From the NCBI GenBank assembly GCA_963751275.1, contig CAVVTZ010000011.1, forward strand, positions 359,529-423,528: a stretch of 64,000 bases of DNA, in the 5' to 3' direction. Below the pieces are notes generated by a model. That model was not told the DNA's origin and searched no databases. It worked only from the letters and a program-made list of their open reading frames with translations. The DNA comes from an uncultured Gemmatimonadaceae bacterium (GTDB taxonomy: Bacteria; Gemmatimonadota; Gemmatimonadetes; Gemmatimonadales; Gemmatimonadaceae). This document shows, one piece after another, positions 44,034 to 55,855 of the stretch (positions are counted from its first letter, which is position 1; each line of letters starts with the position of its first letter). The position numbers and the translations under genes are program-made.

Positions 44034-45756
44034 AGCGACGCTCGAGTTCGTCCCAGCCGAGCTGCACGATCGTCGAGCGGCCGTGCACGTCGTGCGCCGG
44101 AAGCGTCGGTGGCGGCAAGCGACGCGTAGAGCGCGCGCATCTCCGGAGGGCGCGAGCTCGTCGCCCGCCTTGATCGCGGCCTTGCAGGCGATGGTCGCGG
44201 CGAGCCGCTCGTGCCGCGCGAGACCCGACGCGGAGCGGTCGCCCGTGAGCGCGGCGAGCGTGTCGCGCAGGCAGCGCTCGGCGTCGAACCGCGGGTGCGG
44301 CATCGGCACCGCGTTCACGATGAGCGTGTGCCCGCCGAAGCCCTCGATCTCGAAGCCGAGCTTCTCGAACAGTCTCGCGATTCTCCTCGAAGGCTTCGCC
44401 CTCGGCCGGGCCGAGATGCAGCGTGAGCGGAAAGAGCAGCCGCTGCGACGGCTCGTCGCCCGCTCTGGAGCACGTGCATGAACTGCTCGTACAGCACGCG
44501 CTCGTGCGCGGAGTGCTGGTCGATCAGCAGCACGCCGCCGTCGATCTCGCAGAGGAGATAGGTGCGGCGGAGCTGCGTGAGCGGCGGCACCTCGATCGCG
44601 GCCGGCGCCGGCGGTGCGGCCTCGGCGGGATCCGCCGTCACATCGAACGCGCCGAGCGAAGCCGGGTTCGTCGGCCGGCAGCGCACGCAGTGCCTCGACA
44701 TGACCACCGGCGCGCCGGCGCCGAACGCGGGTGCGGCCCACGAGCGCGCGCCGAACGCCGCCGCGCTCTCGGCGACGCCGAGCGCGCGGCGCACCGCGTG
44801 CTCGACGGCGCGCTCCACCGGCCAGCGCTCGCGGAAGCGCACCTCGGCCTTGGCGGGATGCACGTTCACGTCGACGTCGGTCCGCCGGAATGACGAGTTC
44901 GAGCACGAGCGAGGGCCGCGTCCCGGCGGGGATCGTCGAGCGGTAGCCGCCTCCGCGGCGCGCACGAGGCCGCGCGTCGCGGATCGGCACGGCCGTTCAC
45001 CGAGAGGAAGACGCGGCGCCCCGCGGTGCCGACGTCGCCCGGCCGCTCGACGAGCCGCTCACGCGCACCGGGCCGCTCACATCGTCGACCTCCACGAGGC
45101 GCTCCGCGAACTTCGCGCCCCAGAGCGCCGCGACGCGCGCGCGCAGCGACGGCGCCGGCGGGGAGCGCGAGCACCGTCTCGCCGTCGCGCACCACGGTGA
45201 GCCGCACATCGCGCCGCGAGAGCGCGAGCGTGGTGACGATCGTCGGCGATGCCGCGCGACTCGGAACGCGCGGAGCGCAGGAACTTCGTGCGAGCGGGCG
45301 TATTGAAGAAGAGGCGCGAGACCGTGACCGTGGTGCCGCGGCGGCGCGCCGCATCGGCCACCGGCCCCACCGCGCCGCCCACCGAGCGCAGCGCGGTGCC
45401 GGCGCCGTCGGCGGTCGCCGTCTCGAGCTCCAGCTCCGCCACCGAGGCGATGGCCGGCAGCGCTTCGCCGCGGAATCCGAAGCTCCCCACGCCCGACGAG
45501 ATCGCGGTCGCGCGGATCTTGGACGTCGCGTGCCGCTGCAGCGCGAGCAGCGCGTCGGCGCGCTCCATGCCGCATCCGTCGTCCGCCACGCGGATGCGCG
45601 CGCGCCCGCCCTCGTCGATCGCGATCTCGATCGCGGTGGCGCCGGCGTCGAGCGCGTTCTCCACGAGCTCCTTCACCACGGACGCGGGACGCTCGACCAC
45701 TTCGCCGGCGGCGATCTGATCGATCACGGCGCTCGGCAGCACGGCAATGCGGGGCA
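44020..45756 (-). pseudogene. mutL: DNA mismatch repair protein MutL, at least ~9 frame switches
   Basis: The N-terminal GHKL ATPase region ([30 protein letters not shown]...DDGCGM...FGFRGEAL) is intact. Downstream, the conserved blocks ([92 protein letters not shown]) alternate between all three frames. Confidence 0.85.
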
Positions 45757-45788
45757 TGAGCAAAGCTACCGGGCGCGACGCTGCGAAA

Positions 45789-46530
45789 TCAATCGCCCGC
45801 GAGCGGGAGGAGCGCCTCGCGCGGCACCCAGCCGTCGCGGTCGCGGTCGACGCGCACGTTCTCCCACACGCCATCGCGCGCGACGATGCGCACGGTCTCG
45901 CCCAGATGGAGCACGGAGGCGCGTTCCCCGCCGAGCGCGGGCAGGATGCGCAGCGGCACGTCGTGCCGCGCCACGGAGAGCCCGGCCGTCGAGAGCCGCC
46001 CCTCGAGGAAGAGGCCCGCGCATCCGCAGAGGATGGCGGCGCCGAGCGCGGTGAGTGCGATCGATGCGCCGGCGAGCGGCTCGCGGCGGCGGAGGCGCAG
46101 GCGAGGGCCACCCAGCTCGCGGCCCAGAGCAGCGAGGCGATGAGGATCACGGGCAGCGGCGGGATGGGTGGCACCGCGCCCGGCGACGACGCCGATGCCG
46201 GCGCCGTGATGTCGAGGCGCTCGCGCACGTCGGCGGCGAGCGGCTCGAGGCGCAGCGCGCGCTGCCAGCCGCGCACGGCGTTCGCGGTGTCGCCGGCGGC
46301 GAACGACGCAGTGCCGAAGTTCGCCCACGCGTCGGCGGCGCGCGGCTGCGAGTCGGCCAGCGCGCCGAAGTCGGCGGCGGCGTTCGCGTAGTGGTGGTCG
46401 TCATAGGCCGACACGCCGGCGGCGAACTGTGCGTCCGCATCCGGGAGCTCGCCGGCGGCGAGCGCACGGGCGCCGGCGAGCAGGCAGAGGGCGAGGATCA
46501 ACACCGTGGCGGGCGCGCGCCAGCGCCGCG
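45789..46530 (-). pseudogene. batE: BatE-like protein (TM + TPR + C-terminal SH3), one frame shift; 5' boundary approximate
   Basis: The TPR-like region ([32 protein letters not shown]...[11 protein letters not shown]) is in the BatD frame. The TM segment plus SH3_3-like tail ([47 protein letters not shown]) is in ORF 45789..46328. The switch is near 46085. No stop separates it from BatD. Confidence 0.55.
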
Positions 46531-47881
46531 CCTCGGCATCGATGGCGGCGTAGAGCTTGAGCGCGCGCGGGCCGGCGCCGCGCACCGGTTCGCCACGGAA
46601 GGCGAACGCGGCGGTGTTCAGTTCGGCGATGAACGCGGCGGCCGATGCCGCGGTCGCGCCCGAAGTGCCGGCGCGTCGCGCGGCGCGCCGGATCGCCTCC
46701 GGTTCGGCGAGCGCACTGGCCGGCGCGCGGAGCCGCCGGCCCACCGCGTCGAGGAAAGCGCGGCGCAACGCACTCAGGTCGGCGCCGTCGGGGCGGCGCG
46801 CCAGCTCGCGCAGTATCTCCTCGGGCGCGCGGCGCTTTCTGCTGCGCCGCTCCCGCTTCGGCCGGTGCGCGATCGCGAACGCGATCGCGGGCGCGGGCAG
46901 CAGGACGATGAGCATGATGTACGGCGCCGTGAGATAGATCGGCACCGGCAACTCGCCGCGGAACTCCGTGCGCACCGTCCACGCCGGCGGGCGCGCGATG
47001 GCGGCGCTGTCGATCACGGCGAGCCCACCGGGGGCGATCATGACGGGGATCGCGCCGGTGAGCGCCACGTCATAGCGCTTCCGGTACGGATCGAAATAGG
47101 GATAGCGCACCGGCGCGAGCGCCTGCCGGCCGGCGCGAGTCGGCGTGATCTCCCAATCGAACTCCTTCGTGCCGCGGATCGTGATCGAATCCGGGGAGAG
47201 CGTGACGCGCTCGCCGGCCGGGATCGCGCTCGCCCACGGAATGTCGAGCGCCGGGCGCGGGAAGAGCTTCACGTTGCCCACGCCGATCACGCGCACCGTG
47301 AGATGGATGACGTCGCCCACGCGGGCCGCCGTGGTATCCATTCGCGCATCCACGCGCAGCACGCCCACGGCGCCGGCCCAGTCCGCGGGGCGGCCGGCGG
47401 CGGGCGGATCGATCGCAATGAGCACTGCGCTGTCGCTGCGCAGCTCGAAGCTCTCCTCGCGGCTGAAGAAACTATAGGAGAGCGGCATGGCGTACACGAG
47501 TCGCGCGGGCGCCACCGCGTAGCGCCCCGGCGCGAGCGGGAAGATCGCGCGCAGGCTCACGTGCGCCTCGTAGCGGCGCCGGCCCACCGGCGGCATCGGG
47601 AAGCCGCTCATCGTCGCGGGCGGTTCGTACGCCATCACGCCGCGCAACTCCGGCGGGATCTCCTCCATGCGGCGCAGCCGGTCGCGCACCGACTCATCGA
47701 CGAACGCGCCGAACTCGTAGGTCGCCTGCTGGCCGACGTACACGGTGTCGGGCTCGATCACGGTGCGGAAGTTGACGACCTGCGCCGTGTCGAGCGGCGC
47801 GCGCACCACCGCCGCCGGCTTGCGCGCGGTATCACGCGCGGCGCCACCGAATAGCGCGAGCGCGAGGAGCAGCGCGCTCAC
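46531..47881 (-). CDS. batD: BatD-like (oxygen-tolerance) membrane protein; 3' boundary approximate
   Basis: It has a signal/TM segment, then a ~300-aa beta-rich ectodomain, a TM segment ([18 protein letters not shown]) and a basic cytoplasmic tail, which is the BatD organisation. It sits after BatC, with a GTGA overlap at 47878-47881. Confidence 0.6.
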
Positions 47882-49542
47882 CAGTCCTTGCCTCCCGGCG
47901 GACGGTCCGGCGCATTCTGCTTCTGCTTCTTCGCCTGCGCTTCCTGCTCCTCGCGCTGCGCGCTGTTCAGCAGCGCCTGCGCCTGCCGCGGATCGATCTG
48001 CTGGCTCGGCTTCGGCGGACCGCCGCTCGGCCGCTGTCCGCCGCCATTCGACTTGCGCTCGTTGTTCGACAGTTCATAGTTCCATTTCGCGTCCTGGTCG
48101 CCCGGGCGCAGCCGCAGCGCGCGGCGATAGGCGGAGGTCGCGGCCGCGTACGCCTGCGACGCCTCCTCCGGCCCCTTCGAGGCGCGCGCCGCGTACAGAT
48201 AGACGAGGCCGAGGTTGTACAGCGCCTGGTAGCGCAGATCGAGGTCCTTCGACTCCGACGCCGCGCGCTCGAGCGCCGCGGCCGCCTCGTCGCCGAGGCC
48301 CACCTGCCCCGACTGGCCGGCCGCGAGCAGCGCGGTGCCGAGATTGTACTCGAGCCGCGGCGACGGCGTGCCACTCTGGATGGCGTGCGCGTACGCGTCC
48401 GCGGCCTCGTGATAGAGCCCCGCGGCGTAGAGCTGGTCGCCGGTACGCGATTGCGCGGATGCGGCAGACGGCAGCAATGCGAGCAGGACGAGAGACGCCA
48501 CGACGGTGGACGAAGCCGCCGCCGTCGGGCGGCGGCGCCCGCGCCGCTCCGCGAGCATCGTGTCGAACAGCGCGAGCAGCACCGCCGGGATCAGGAAGAG
48601 CTGGAAGCGCGCGCGGCGGTCGGTCGCGCGCTGCGCCTCGCGCGCCGTCGCGCGCAGCGCGGTGAGGGCCTGCTTCACGCGCGCCGCTTTGTCGGTGGCT
48701 TGCGCCGGGATGAAGGTGCCCTGATCGCCCGCGAGCGCCTGCAGCGTCGCGGGCGTGTACCGGGTGACCACGACCTTGCCCTCGAAATCGCGCTTGGCCG
48801 TCGTCGTGCCGCCGGGGACCGGGATCGGGATCGTCGCGCCCGCCTCGCGTCCGAAACCGACGGTGATCACCCGGATGTCGGCTTTCTCGGCGCGGCGCGC
48901 CGCGGCCTGGATCTCGTCATCGCCATCGAACGCTTCGCCGTCGCTCATCACGATGAGCGCCTTGTCGCTCGCGCCCGGCGTGGCGAGCAGCAGCTCGGTG
49001 CCCATGTCGATCGCGCGGCCGATGGAGCTGCCGGCCTGCCCCACCACCGATGGGTCGAGGTTGTCGATGAACAATTCGAGCGCACCGTGATCCACCGTGA
49101 GCGGCGACAGCACGTAGCTGCGCCCCGCGAAGGCGATGAGCCCGATGCGATCGCCGCCGGAGAGCGCGAGGAAGCGGCGCGCTTCCTCCTTCATGCGCTC
49201 CAGCCGATTGGGGCGCTCGTCCTCGGCCATCATCGAGAGCGATGCATCGAGCACGAGCACCACGTCCACCCCCGTCGCGCGCTGCACGGTGGTCTCCATG
49301 CCCCAGCGCGGACCCGCGTACGCGACGGCGCCGCACGCCGCGGCGAGGCCGAGCAGCACGATGCGCGGCCACGGCGCGTTCATCGCGGCGGGCGGCAGCA
49401 GGCGCGCGATGACCGAGCCGCTGCCCAGCCGCGCGAGCCGGCTCGCGCGCCGGCGGAACGCGAGCCAGAGGAGCAACCCAATGCCGAGCGCGAACGCCGG
49501 CGCCGCGAAGAGCGCCCACGGATATTCGACGATCGTGCTCAC
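47878..49542 (-). CDS. batB: BatB-like VWA protein continuing in-frame into a BatC-like TPR protein (fusion or missed stop)
   Basis: The N-terminal TM segments are followed by a VWA domain ([24 protein letters not shown]...[10 protein letters not shown]...ALIVMSDGE). A TM segment, TPR repeats and a Lys/Gln/Glu-rich tail follow, all without an intervening stop. The junction is near 48530. Confidence 0.65.
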   Translation of the reverse strand: MSTIVEYPWALFAAPAFALGIGLLLWLAFRRRASRLARLGSGSVIARLLPPAAMNAPWPRIVLLGLAAACGAVAYAGPRWGMETTVQRATGVDVVLVLDASLSMMAEDERPNRLERMKEEARRFLALSGGDRIGLIAFAGRSYVLSPLTVDHGALELFIDNLDPSVVGQAGSSIGRAIDMGTELLLATPGASDKALIVMSDGEAFDGDDEIQAAARRAEKADIRVITVGFGREAGATIPIPVPGGTTTAKRDFEGKVVVTRYTPATLQALAGDQGTFIPAQATDKAARVKQALTALRATAREAQRATDRRARFQLFLIPAVLLALFDTMLAERRGRRRPTAAASSTVVASLVLLALLPSAASAQSRTGDQLYAAGLYHEAADAYAHAIQSGTPSPRLEYNLGTALLAAGQSGQVGLGDEAAAALERAASESKDLDLRYQALYNLGLVYLYAARASKGPEEASQAYAAATSAYRRALRLRPGDQDAKWNYELSNNERKSNGGGQRPSGGPPKPSQQIDPRQAQALLNSAQREEQEAQAKKQKQNAPDRPPGGKDW

Positions 49543-50535
49543 GGCAGCGGCCCCCGCCAGAACAGGAGGAGCACCTCGAGCGACAACGCGAGCAATGCCG
49601 CGCCGAGCGGCCAATGGTACTCCTCGGCGAAATGCACGTACGTGCGCGCGCGCACCGGTTCGCGCTCGAGCAGGTCGATCTGCTGGTAGATGTGCTCGAG
49701 CGCCGCGCCATCCACTCGCGCGGAAGTAGCGCCCGCCCGTGGTGCGCGCCACATCGCGCAGCAGGTCCTCATCGATCTCCACCGGCCGGTACTCGTAGCG
49801 AATGCCCATGAGCCCCTTGCCCACGGGCACGGGCGCCATCCCCTGCGTACCGGCGCCGATCGTGTAGATCTTCACGCCCATCGCCGCGGCCGCCTGCGCG
49901 GCGGTGCGCGGATCGATCGCGCCGCGGTTGTTCTCGCCGTCGGTGAGCAGGATGAGCACCTTGCTCCGGCCGGGCGCATCGCGCAGACGGTTCGTGGCCG
50001 TCGCGATCGCCGTGCCGATGGCCGTGCCGTCGTCGAGCTGTCCGGACTGGAGATTGTCGACCGCTGTGAGCAGCACGGGATAGTCCACCGTGAGCGGCAC
50101 CTGCGTGAGCGCTTCGCTCGCGAAGGCGACGATGCCGATCCGGTCGCTGTGTCGGCCCAGGATGAACTGCTTCACGCGATCCTTCACGACCTCCAGCCGG
50201 TTCTGCGGCTGGAAATCCTCCGACAGCATGGAACTCGAGAGATCGATCGCGAGGACGATGTTGATGCCTTCGGTGGTGATCGGCTCCGCGCGCGAACCCG
50301 TGCGCGGGCGCGCGAGCGCGATGATCAGGCCGGCGAGGAGGAGGTTGCGCAGCACGAAGAGCACACGCGAGACGGCGCGCCCCGCGTGCGGCAGCCGGCC
50401 GAGCACGTCGGCGCGCGAGAAGACGATCGCGGGCGGCCGGCGCGAGCGGCGCGCGAACCACCACGCCGGCAGGAGCAGCAGCAGCGCGAGCGCCCAGGGC
50501 GACCCGAAGAAGAAATCGGGAAGGAACGGGATCAT
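49539..50535 (-). pseudogene. batA: BatA-like VWA membrane protein, one frame shift near the 3' end
   Basis: [16 protein letters not shown]...INIVLAIDLSSSMLSEDFQPQNRLE...IGIVAFASEA...LILLTDGENN. The C-terminal TM segment (HWPLGAALLALSLEVLLLFW) is in ORF 49539..49772. The switch is near 49725. Confidence 0.8.
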
Positions 50536-51455
50536 GCGACCTTCTTCGGCGACGCCGCCGCCGGCACGATCACATCGCGCGCGAACGCGTCGTCGGAGAG
50601 CGTGAGCAGCGTCTTCACCTCGCGCGCGACCTCCTTCGCCCGCACGACGCTCACCGGCCGGCGCGCGAACTGCACCTGATCGGCCTCCTCGAGCACGGCG
50701 GCCACGCGGTTCAGCGGCAGGGCGCGGCCGAGCAGCGCGGCGACGAGTTCGGACGTCGTCTGCGAACGGGAGACGACCTGCACCCGGCTGCTGAGATAGC
50801 CGCGCAGGATGTGCGCGTGCAGCGCGACGTAGCGGCTCGGCTCGCCGGCTTCGAGCAGGCCGAGCGCCTCCACGCGGGCGAGCGCCGCTTCGGCGACGCT
50901 CAGCGGCGACGGGGGCGGCGCGGCGGCGCGGCGCCGGCGATGGCGGCGCCACAGGAGCGCGATCACACCGAGCGCAAGCGCCGCCACGAGCGCCCACGGC
51001 CACCACACGAGCGGCGACTTGAGCACGCCGAGCGCCGGCTTGGGCACGCGCAGCGACGTGTCCGCCGGCAGCACCGAGAGCACGAAGACGCCCGGATGCG
51101 CCTCGACCTTCTGCGCATCGGCGCCGGCCCCGATCTGCACGGGCACCGTGAGCGACTGCGCGCCCGTCTGCCATGCCTGCAAGCGGTAGACGGCGACGCG
51201 GGTCGGCGCGCCGGTGCTGTCGACGTCGAACTTCACGACGGGCGGATCGACCGCCTCGAGCGGCTGCGCGGTGTCGGGGCCGGCGGGGAACGCGATGACC
51301 GAACGGAGCGGCGCGTGGACCGTGATCGTCACGTTGAACGGCTCGGCGACCGTCACGGTCTCGGGGCTCACGCTCCACGAGATGGCGGGCGCCGGCGCGG
51401 GCGCGGGTACCGGCGCGGCCGCCTGCAGCAGCGCGAACACCACCGCGGCGATCAT
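50532..51455 (-). CDS. Membrane protein with a DUF4381-like C-terminal half (Bat-operon associated)
   Basis: 307 aa: a signal-like N-terminus, an ectodomain, a TM segment ([19 protein letters not shown], then RRHRRRR) and a helical tail. It occupies the conserved slot between DUF58 and BatA, with ATGA overlaps on both sides. Confidence 0.55.
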   Translation of the reverse strand: MIAAVVFALLQAAAPVPAPAPAPAISWSVSPETVTVAEPFNVTITVHAPLRSVIAFPAGPDTAQPLEAVDPPVVKFDVDSTGAPTRVAVYRLQAWQTGAQSLTVPVQIGAGADAQKVEAHPGVFVLSVLPADTSLRVPKPALGVLKSPLVWWPWALVAALALGVIALLWRRHRRRRAAAPPPSPLSVAEAALARVEALGLLEAGEPSRYVALHAHILRGYLSSRVQVVSRSQTTSELVAALLGRALPLNRVAAVLEEADQVQFARRPVSVVRAKEVAREVKTLLTLSDDAFARDVIVPAAASPKKVA

Positions 51456-52453
51456 CGGCGGCGGCGCCTGGTCTCGCGCAGGCGGAAGAAGCGGAGCAGC
51501 GGATCGACGTACCGCTGGTCCGTGCGCACGGCGACTTCGTCGATCGCGAGGCGGCGCAGCAACTGCGTGCGCGCCTCGACCTCCGCCTGCATCTGGTCGC
51601 GATACTTGCGGCGGATGACCGGATTCCCGGTGTCGACATCCACCACCGCGCCCGTCTCCGGATCCGTGAAGCGCGCGAGCCCGATGTCGGGCAGGTCGCG
51701 CTCGCGCGGGTCGGTGATGGTGACCGCCACCACGTCGTGCCGCTGCGCGAGGATCTTGAGCGGCCGCTCGAGGCCGGTCGCGACGAAATCGGAGATCAGG
51801 AAGATGATCGCGCGGTGCGGCAGCATCTTCGCGAGGTAGTCGATCGCGGCGGGGATGTCCGTTCCCTTCCCCTCCGGCTCGTGCACGAGCACGTCGCGAA
51901 TGAGACGCAGCACGTGACGGCGCCCCTTCCCCGGCGGCACGACGTGCTCCACGCGGTCGGTGAAGAGCAGCGCGCCCACGCGATCGTTGTTGCGGATGGC
52001 CGACATCGCGAGCACCGCGCCGATCTCCGTCGCCAGCTCGCTCTTGAAGCGCTGCGCCGTGCCGAAGCGCTCCGAACCCGAATGGTCCACGGCAAGCATC
52101 ACGGTGAGCTCGCGCTCTTCCACGAAGCGCTTCACGAACGGATGCCCCATGCGGGCCGTCACGTTCCAGTCGATCGTGCGCACCTCGTCGCCGTCCGAGT
52201 ATTCGCGGACCTCGGCGAATTCCATGCCCTGTCCCTTGAACACGGAGTGGTATTCGCCGGTGAAGAGCGCATTGACGAGCCCGCGCGTGCGCAGCTCGAC
52301 CAGGCGCACCTGGCGCAGCACGTCGGCGGGCACCACCACCGTCCGGCGCTGGCGCGCGCCCGCGTGCTCGCGCACGGCCGCCGCCTGAACGGCCGCCTGA
52401 TGACCGGTCGCCCGCTTCGCGAGCGGCCGCGGGCCGGTCACCGGCTCCGCCAT
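51452..52453 (-). CDS. DUF58 (VWA-like) protein, MoxR partner
   Basis: [36 protein letters not shown]...[12 protein letters not shown] is the hallmark DUF58 motif. Intact. Confidence 0.85.
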   Translation of the reverse strand: MAEPVTGPRPLAKRATGHQAAVQAAAVREHAGARQRRTVVVPADVLRQVRLVELRTRGLVNALFTGEYHSVFKGQGMEFAEVREYSDGDEVRTIDWNVTARMGHPFVKRFVEERELTVMLAVDHSGSERFGTAQRFKSELATEIGAVLAMSAIRNNDRVGALLFTDRVEHVVPPGKGRRHVLRLIRDVLVHEPEGKGTDIPAAIDYLAKMLPHRAIIFLISDFVATGLERPLKILAQRHDVVAVTITDPRERDLPDIGLARFTDPETGAVVDVDTGNPVIRRKYRDQMQAEVEARTQLLRRLAIDEVAVRTDQRYVDPLLRFFRLRETRRRRR

Positions 52454-53433
52454 CAGGGGCTCTCGACCGCCGCGAGGACGCGCGCCACGACGTCGTCGCT
52501 CGTCACCTCCTCCGCCTCCGCCTCGTACGTGGTGAGCACGCGGTGGCGGAGCACGTCGGGCGCGATCGACTTCACGTCGTCGGGCGTGACGAAGTCGCGG
52601 CCGCGCAGGAAGGCGAGCGCGCGCGCCGCCTGCGCGAGGACGATCGTGGCGCGCGGACTCGCGCCGTACTCGATCGAGCGGCGCGAGGTCGTCGAGCCCC
52701 GCCGCCGCCGGCTCGCGCGTGGCGTGCACGATGTCCACGATGTAATCCACGACGCGCGTCGTCGAGATAGATCTCGGTGATGCGCCGCGCGCCTCGAGGA
52801 TCGCCGCCGGCGACGCGACGGCGTCCACCGCGATCGTCGCGCCGCCCGCCATCCGGCGCATGATCTCCTTCTCCTCGGTGCGCGTCGGATAGCCGACGCG
52901 CATCTTCAGCATGAAGCGGTCGACCTGCGCCTCGGGCAGCGGGTACGTGCCCTCCTGCTCGATCGGGTTCTGCGTCGCGAGCACGAGGAACGGCTCGGTG
53001 CAGCGGATAGTGTCGTGCCGCCGAGCGTGACCTGCTTCTCCTGCATCGCCTCGAGCAGCGCGGACTGCACCTTCGCCGGCGCGCGGTTGATCTCGTCGGC
53101 CAGGATGATGTTCGCGAAGATCGGGCCCTTCTTCACGCGGAACTGCGCGGTGGCCGGATCGAAGACCTGCGTGCCGAGCACGTCGGCCGGCAGCAGGTCG
53201 GGCGTGAACTGGATGCGGTGGAAGCTCGTCTGGATCGCTTCCGCGAGCGTCTTCACGGTGAGCGTCTTCGCGAGGCCCGGCACGCCCTCGAGCAGCACAT
53301 GGCCGCCGGCGAGCAGGCCGACGAGCAGCCGCTCGACCATGTCGTCCTGGCCGACGACGCGCTTCGCCACCTGCTCGAGGATCGCCTGCACCAGCGCCGT
53401 GTCCACCGTGGGAGTGCTTGCCCGTGTCGCCAC
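52453..53433 (-). pseudogene. moxR: MoxR-family AAA+ ATPase, at least 4 frame shifts
   Basis: Walker A ([11 protein letters not shown]) and Walker B ([23 protein letters not shown]) are in ORF 52906..53433. [27 protein letters not shown] is in another frame. My re-translation recovers [25 protein letters not shown] and [34 protein letters not shown]...LAAVESP*, which includes a compensating pair of shifts near 52750-52790. Confidence 0.85.
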
Positions 53434-53499
53434 GCGATCGCTCCGGAGTGCTCGGGAATACGTGAATGATGCGGGGCGCCGCGCGCCCCGGGGAGTGGC

Positions 53500-55132
53500 T
53501 CAGCGCTTGATGCGGAAGCCGCCGTCCTCGTGTTCGAATATCCATACGGCCATACGGGACGGGACGATGGCGGTGTCACCGCCGATCCAGTTCCTGGCGG
53601 CCGCGGAGCCTGTGCCGGCCGGCTTGGGCTCCGCCGCGATCGTCGCGGCGCGCTTCACCCACTGCGCGAGGTTCGACGGACGCAGGTCCACCCAGCCGCG
53701 CGGCGCGATCTCCGCGCCCTTCGCGCCCGGCGGCACGACCACCACTTCGCCGCGCAGCACCGACAACCCATCACTCAGCAGGATCGGAATGCCCACCGAC
53801 AGGATGACCTTGCGCAGCGCCGGGTCCTGTTCGCGCACCAGCCGCTCGGCGCGCGCCGCCGCGCTCGCGGGATCCGCGGCGGCGAGGTCCTTCACGGAGG
53901 CAAAGAGCTTCGAGAGGATATGCCCCTCGTACAGCAGCTTCGTGAGGCGCGGCGGGCCGAGCATCTCGAAGCCGATCGATCGCACGCCGTGCTCGCGCTC
54001 GAGCGCGTCCAGCGCCTGCACCGCGACCGAGCGGAGATAGCCGCCGCGGTAGGTCGGGCCGAACGTCGCGCCATCGAGCGCCGCGATCACGTCCTTCCCG
54101 GTAGGCGCACCGCGAAGCTCCATGATCACGGCGTCGGCGAGTTCCTCCGCCGTGACGATCTCCATCTGGCCGAGCGACGTCACCGTCTCGAACTCCTCGC
54201 GCGCGAAGACGCCGTTCTCGCCCATGGAGATATAGGCGCTCTCCAGCGGCTGCCCGGTGCGCGTCCAGCCGCGCGCGCCCGGCGTGAACGCATCCTCCAC
54301 CTTCATCGGCCGCTCGCAGTCCACCATCTCGATCGTGCGCCCGCCGCGCTTCACCGGCCCGTACGTAGATGTCGCTCCATCCGATCGCCGCCGTCGGCTT
54401 GATCTCCACCGTGTTCGGCGCGCCGGGCGTGCGTCCCTGCAGGAAGAGGATCATGCTCTGCGCGCCGGCCACCGCGGTCTTGGCCAGCAGCGTGCGCGAC
54501 GGCTTCTCCTCGCTGTGCGTGTACGGGATGTTCAGTCCCATCCCGCCGGTGCCGCTCGTTCCGATCTTCACGTACGCCTGCGTGCCGGCCCGCCGCATCC
54601 CATCCGAGAGCGCTTCCTGGTGGCGCACGAGCTGCGGCACGGAGAGCGTGAGCAAATGCCGCTCCACGGTCTCGCGGTCGACATGGCCCGCGTCCGCCGC
54701 CGAGAGCAGCCGCTGCGCGCTCGCGAACCCGTCCTGGTACGCGACCGCGGTCGCGGTGTTCACGCAGTCCACCACCACGCCGGGGCGGTGCGTCGTGAGC
54801 CAGTTGTGGAGCACGTTGCGCTCGAGCGAGACGGCGGTGGGCGGGCCGAGCATGTCATCCACGAGTTCGCGCCGCGCGGTCGCGTCGGCGAGCACGTCGT
54901 CGCGCGGGCGTTCCGCGAGCGTCACCGTGTGGAAAATGTTGCCCCAGATCGGCGTGAGCGTTGTCTTCCCCGCGTGCGGCTCGAGCGCTCGCACCGCCGC
55001 CTCCGCCTCGTGCCGCCAGAGTCCGGCGATGATGATCTGTTTCGGAGCGAAATCCAGCAGGCGGCGCGCCACGGCGAGCCCCACCAGTCCGCTGCCACCG
55101 AGGATCAGCGCCGTCGAATCACGCAGTTCCAT
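53500..55132 (-). pseudogene. Large (~540 aa) Rossmann-fold NAD(P)-binding protein of unknown family, one frame shift
   Basis: The N-terminus is MELRDSTALILGGSGLVGLAVARRLL (GxxGxxG), and IGTSGTGGMGLNIPYTHSE occurs later. The C-terminal 280 aa are in ORF 53500..54354. The switch is near 54360. I do not recognise the family. Confidence 0.5.
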
Positions 55133-55853
55133 GCTTCTCCCGTTTCGGCTCGCGCGCGAGCGCAGAGATGATGTCCAGTTCCTTGGACGTGAGCGCCCGG
55201 CACTCGCCCGGCTCCAGATCCCCCAGCGTCACCGGCCCGAAGCGCACGCGCACGAGGCGCTCGACGAACAAGCCGAGCGCCTTGCACAGCCGGCGCACCT
55301 CGCGATTCCGCCCCTCGGTGATGGACACGGTGAACTCCCAGCGCCCGCCGCCGAGCGCGTCGGCCCGCACATCGTTCACCTTCACCAGGCCGTCATCGAG
55401 CATCACGCCGCGCTTCGCCTGCACCACGGCCTTCCCCGCGTCGCCCGTGACCGTGGCGACGTACGTGCGCTCCACTTCGCGGCTCGGGTGCAGCAGCGCG
55501 TGGATCGCCGTGCCGTCGTTCGTGAGCAGCAGCACGCCTTCGGTGAGATAGTCGAGGCGCCCCGCATAGGTGAGGCCGGGGATCTTCGGCACGAACTCGA
55601 AGATCGTGCGCCGCCCCGACGGATCGCTCCGAGTGGTCATGACGCCCGACGGCTTGTTGAGGACGATCCACTGCGTATGCGCCGGCTGTTTCACGGTGGT
55701 GCCGTCCACCATGATGGTGTCGGCGGCCGGGTCCACGATCTGGCCGAGCAACGCCGTCGCGCCATTCACGCGCACGCGCCCCGCGGCGACGAGCTCCTCC
55801 GCCTTCCGCCGCGACGCGACACCGGCGCGCGCGAGCGCACGCTGGATGCGCAT
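55119..55853 (-). CDS. rluB: Pseudouridine synthase, RsuA/RluB family (S4 domain + catalytic domain)
   Basis: MRIQRALARAGVASRRKAEELVAAGRVRVNG (S4 domain), then VLNKPSGVMTT...YAGRLDYLTEGVLLLTNDG (catalytic Asp motif). Confidence 0.85.
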   Translation of the reverse strand: MRIQRALARAGVASRRKAEELVAAGRVRVNGATALLGQIVDPAADTIMVDGTTVKQPAHTQWIVLNKPSGVMTTRSDPSGRRTIFEFVPKIPGLTYAGRLDYLTEGVLLLTNDGTAIHALLHPSREVERTYVATVTGDAGKAVVQAKRGVMLDDGLVKVNDVRADALGGGRWEFTVSITEGRNREVRRLCKALGLFVERLVRVRFGPVTLGDLEPGECRALTSKELDIISALAREPKREKHGTA

Positions 55854-55855
55854 CG

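Noticed and set aside
45077-47881. 934-aa ORF that would fuse BatD, BatE and the MutL N-terminus. The 1253-aa ORF 47878..51639 and the 870-aa ORF 27924..30536 are similar cases.
   Set aside because: They are concatenations of adjacent genes that happen to share a frame, plus out-of-frame stretches. Domain boundaries, 4-nt overlap start sites and motif order show they are separate genes.
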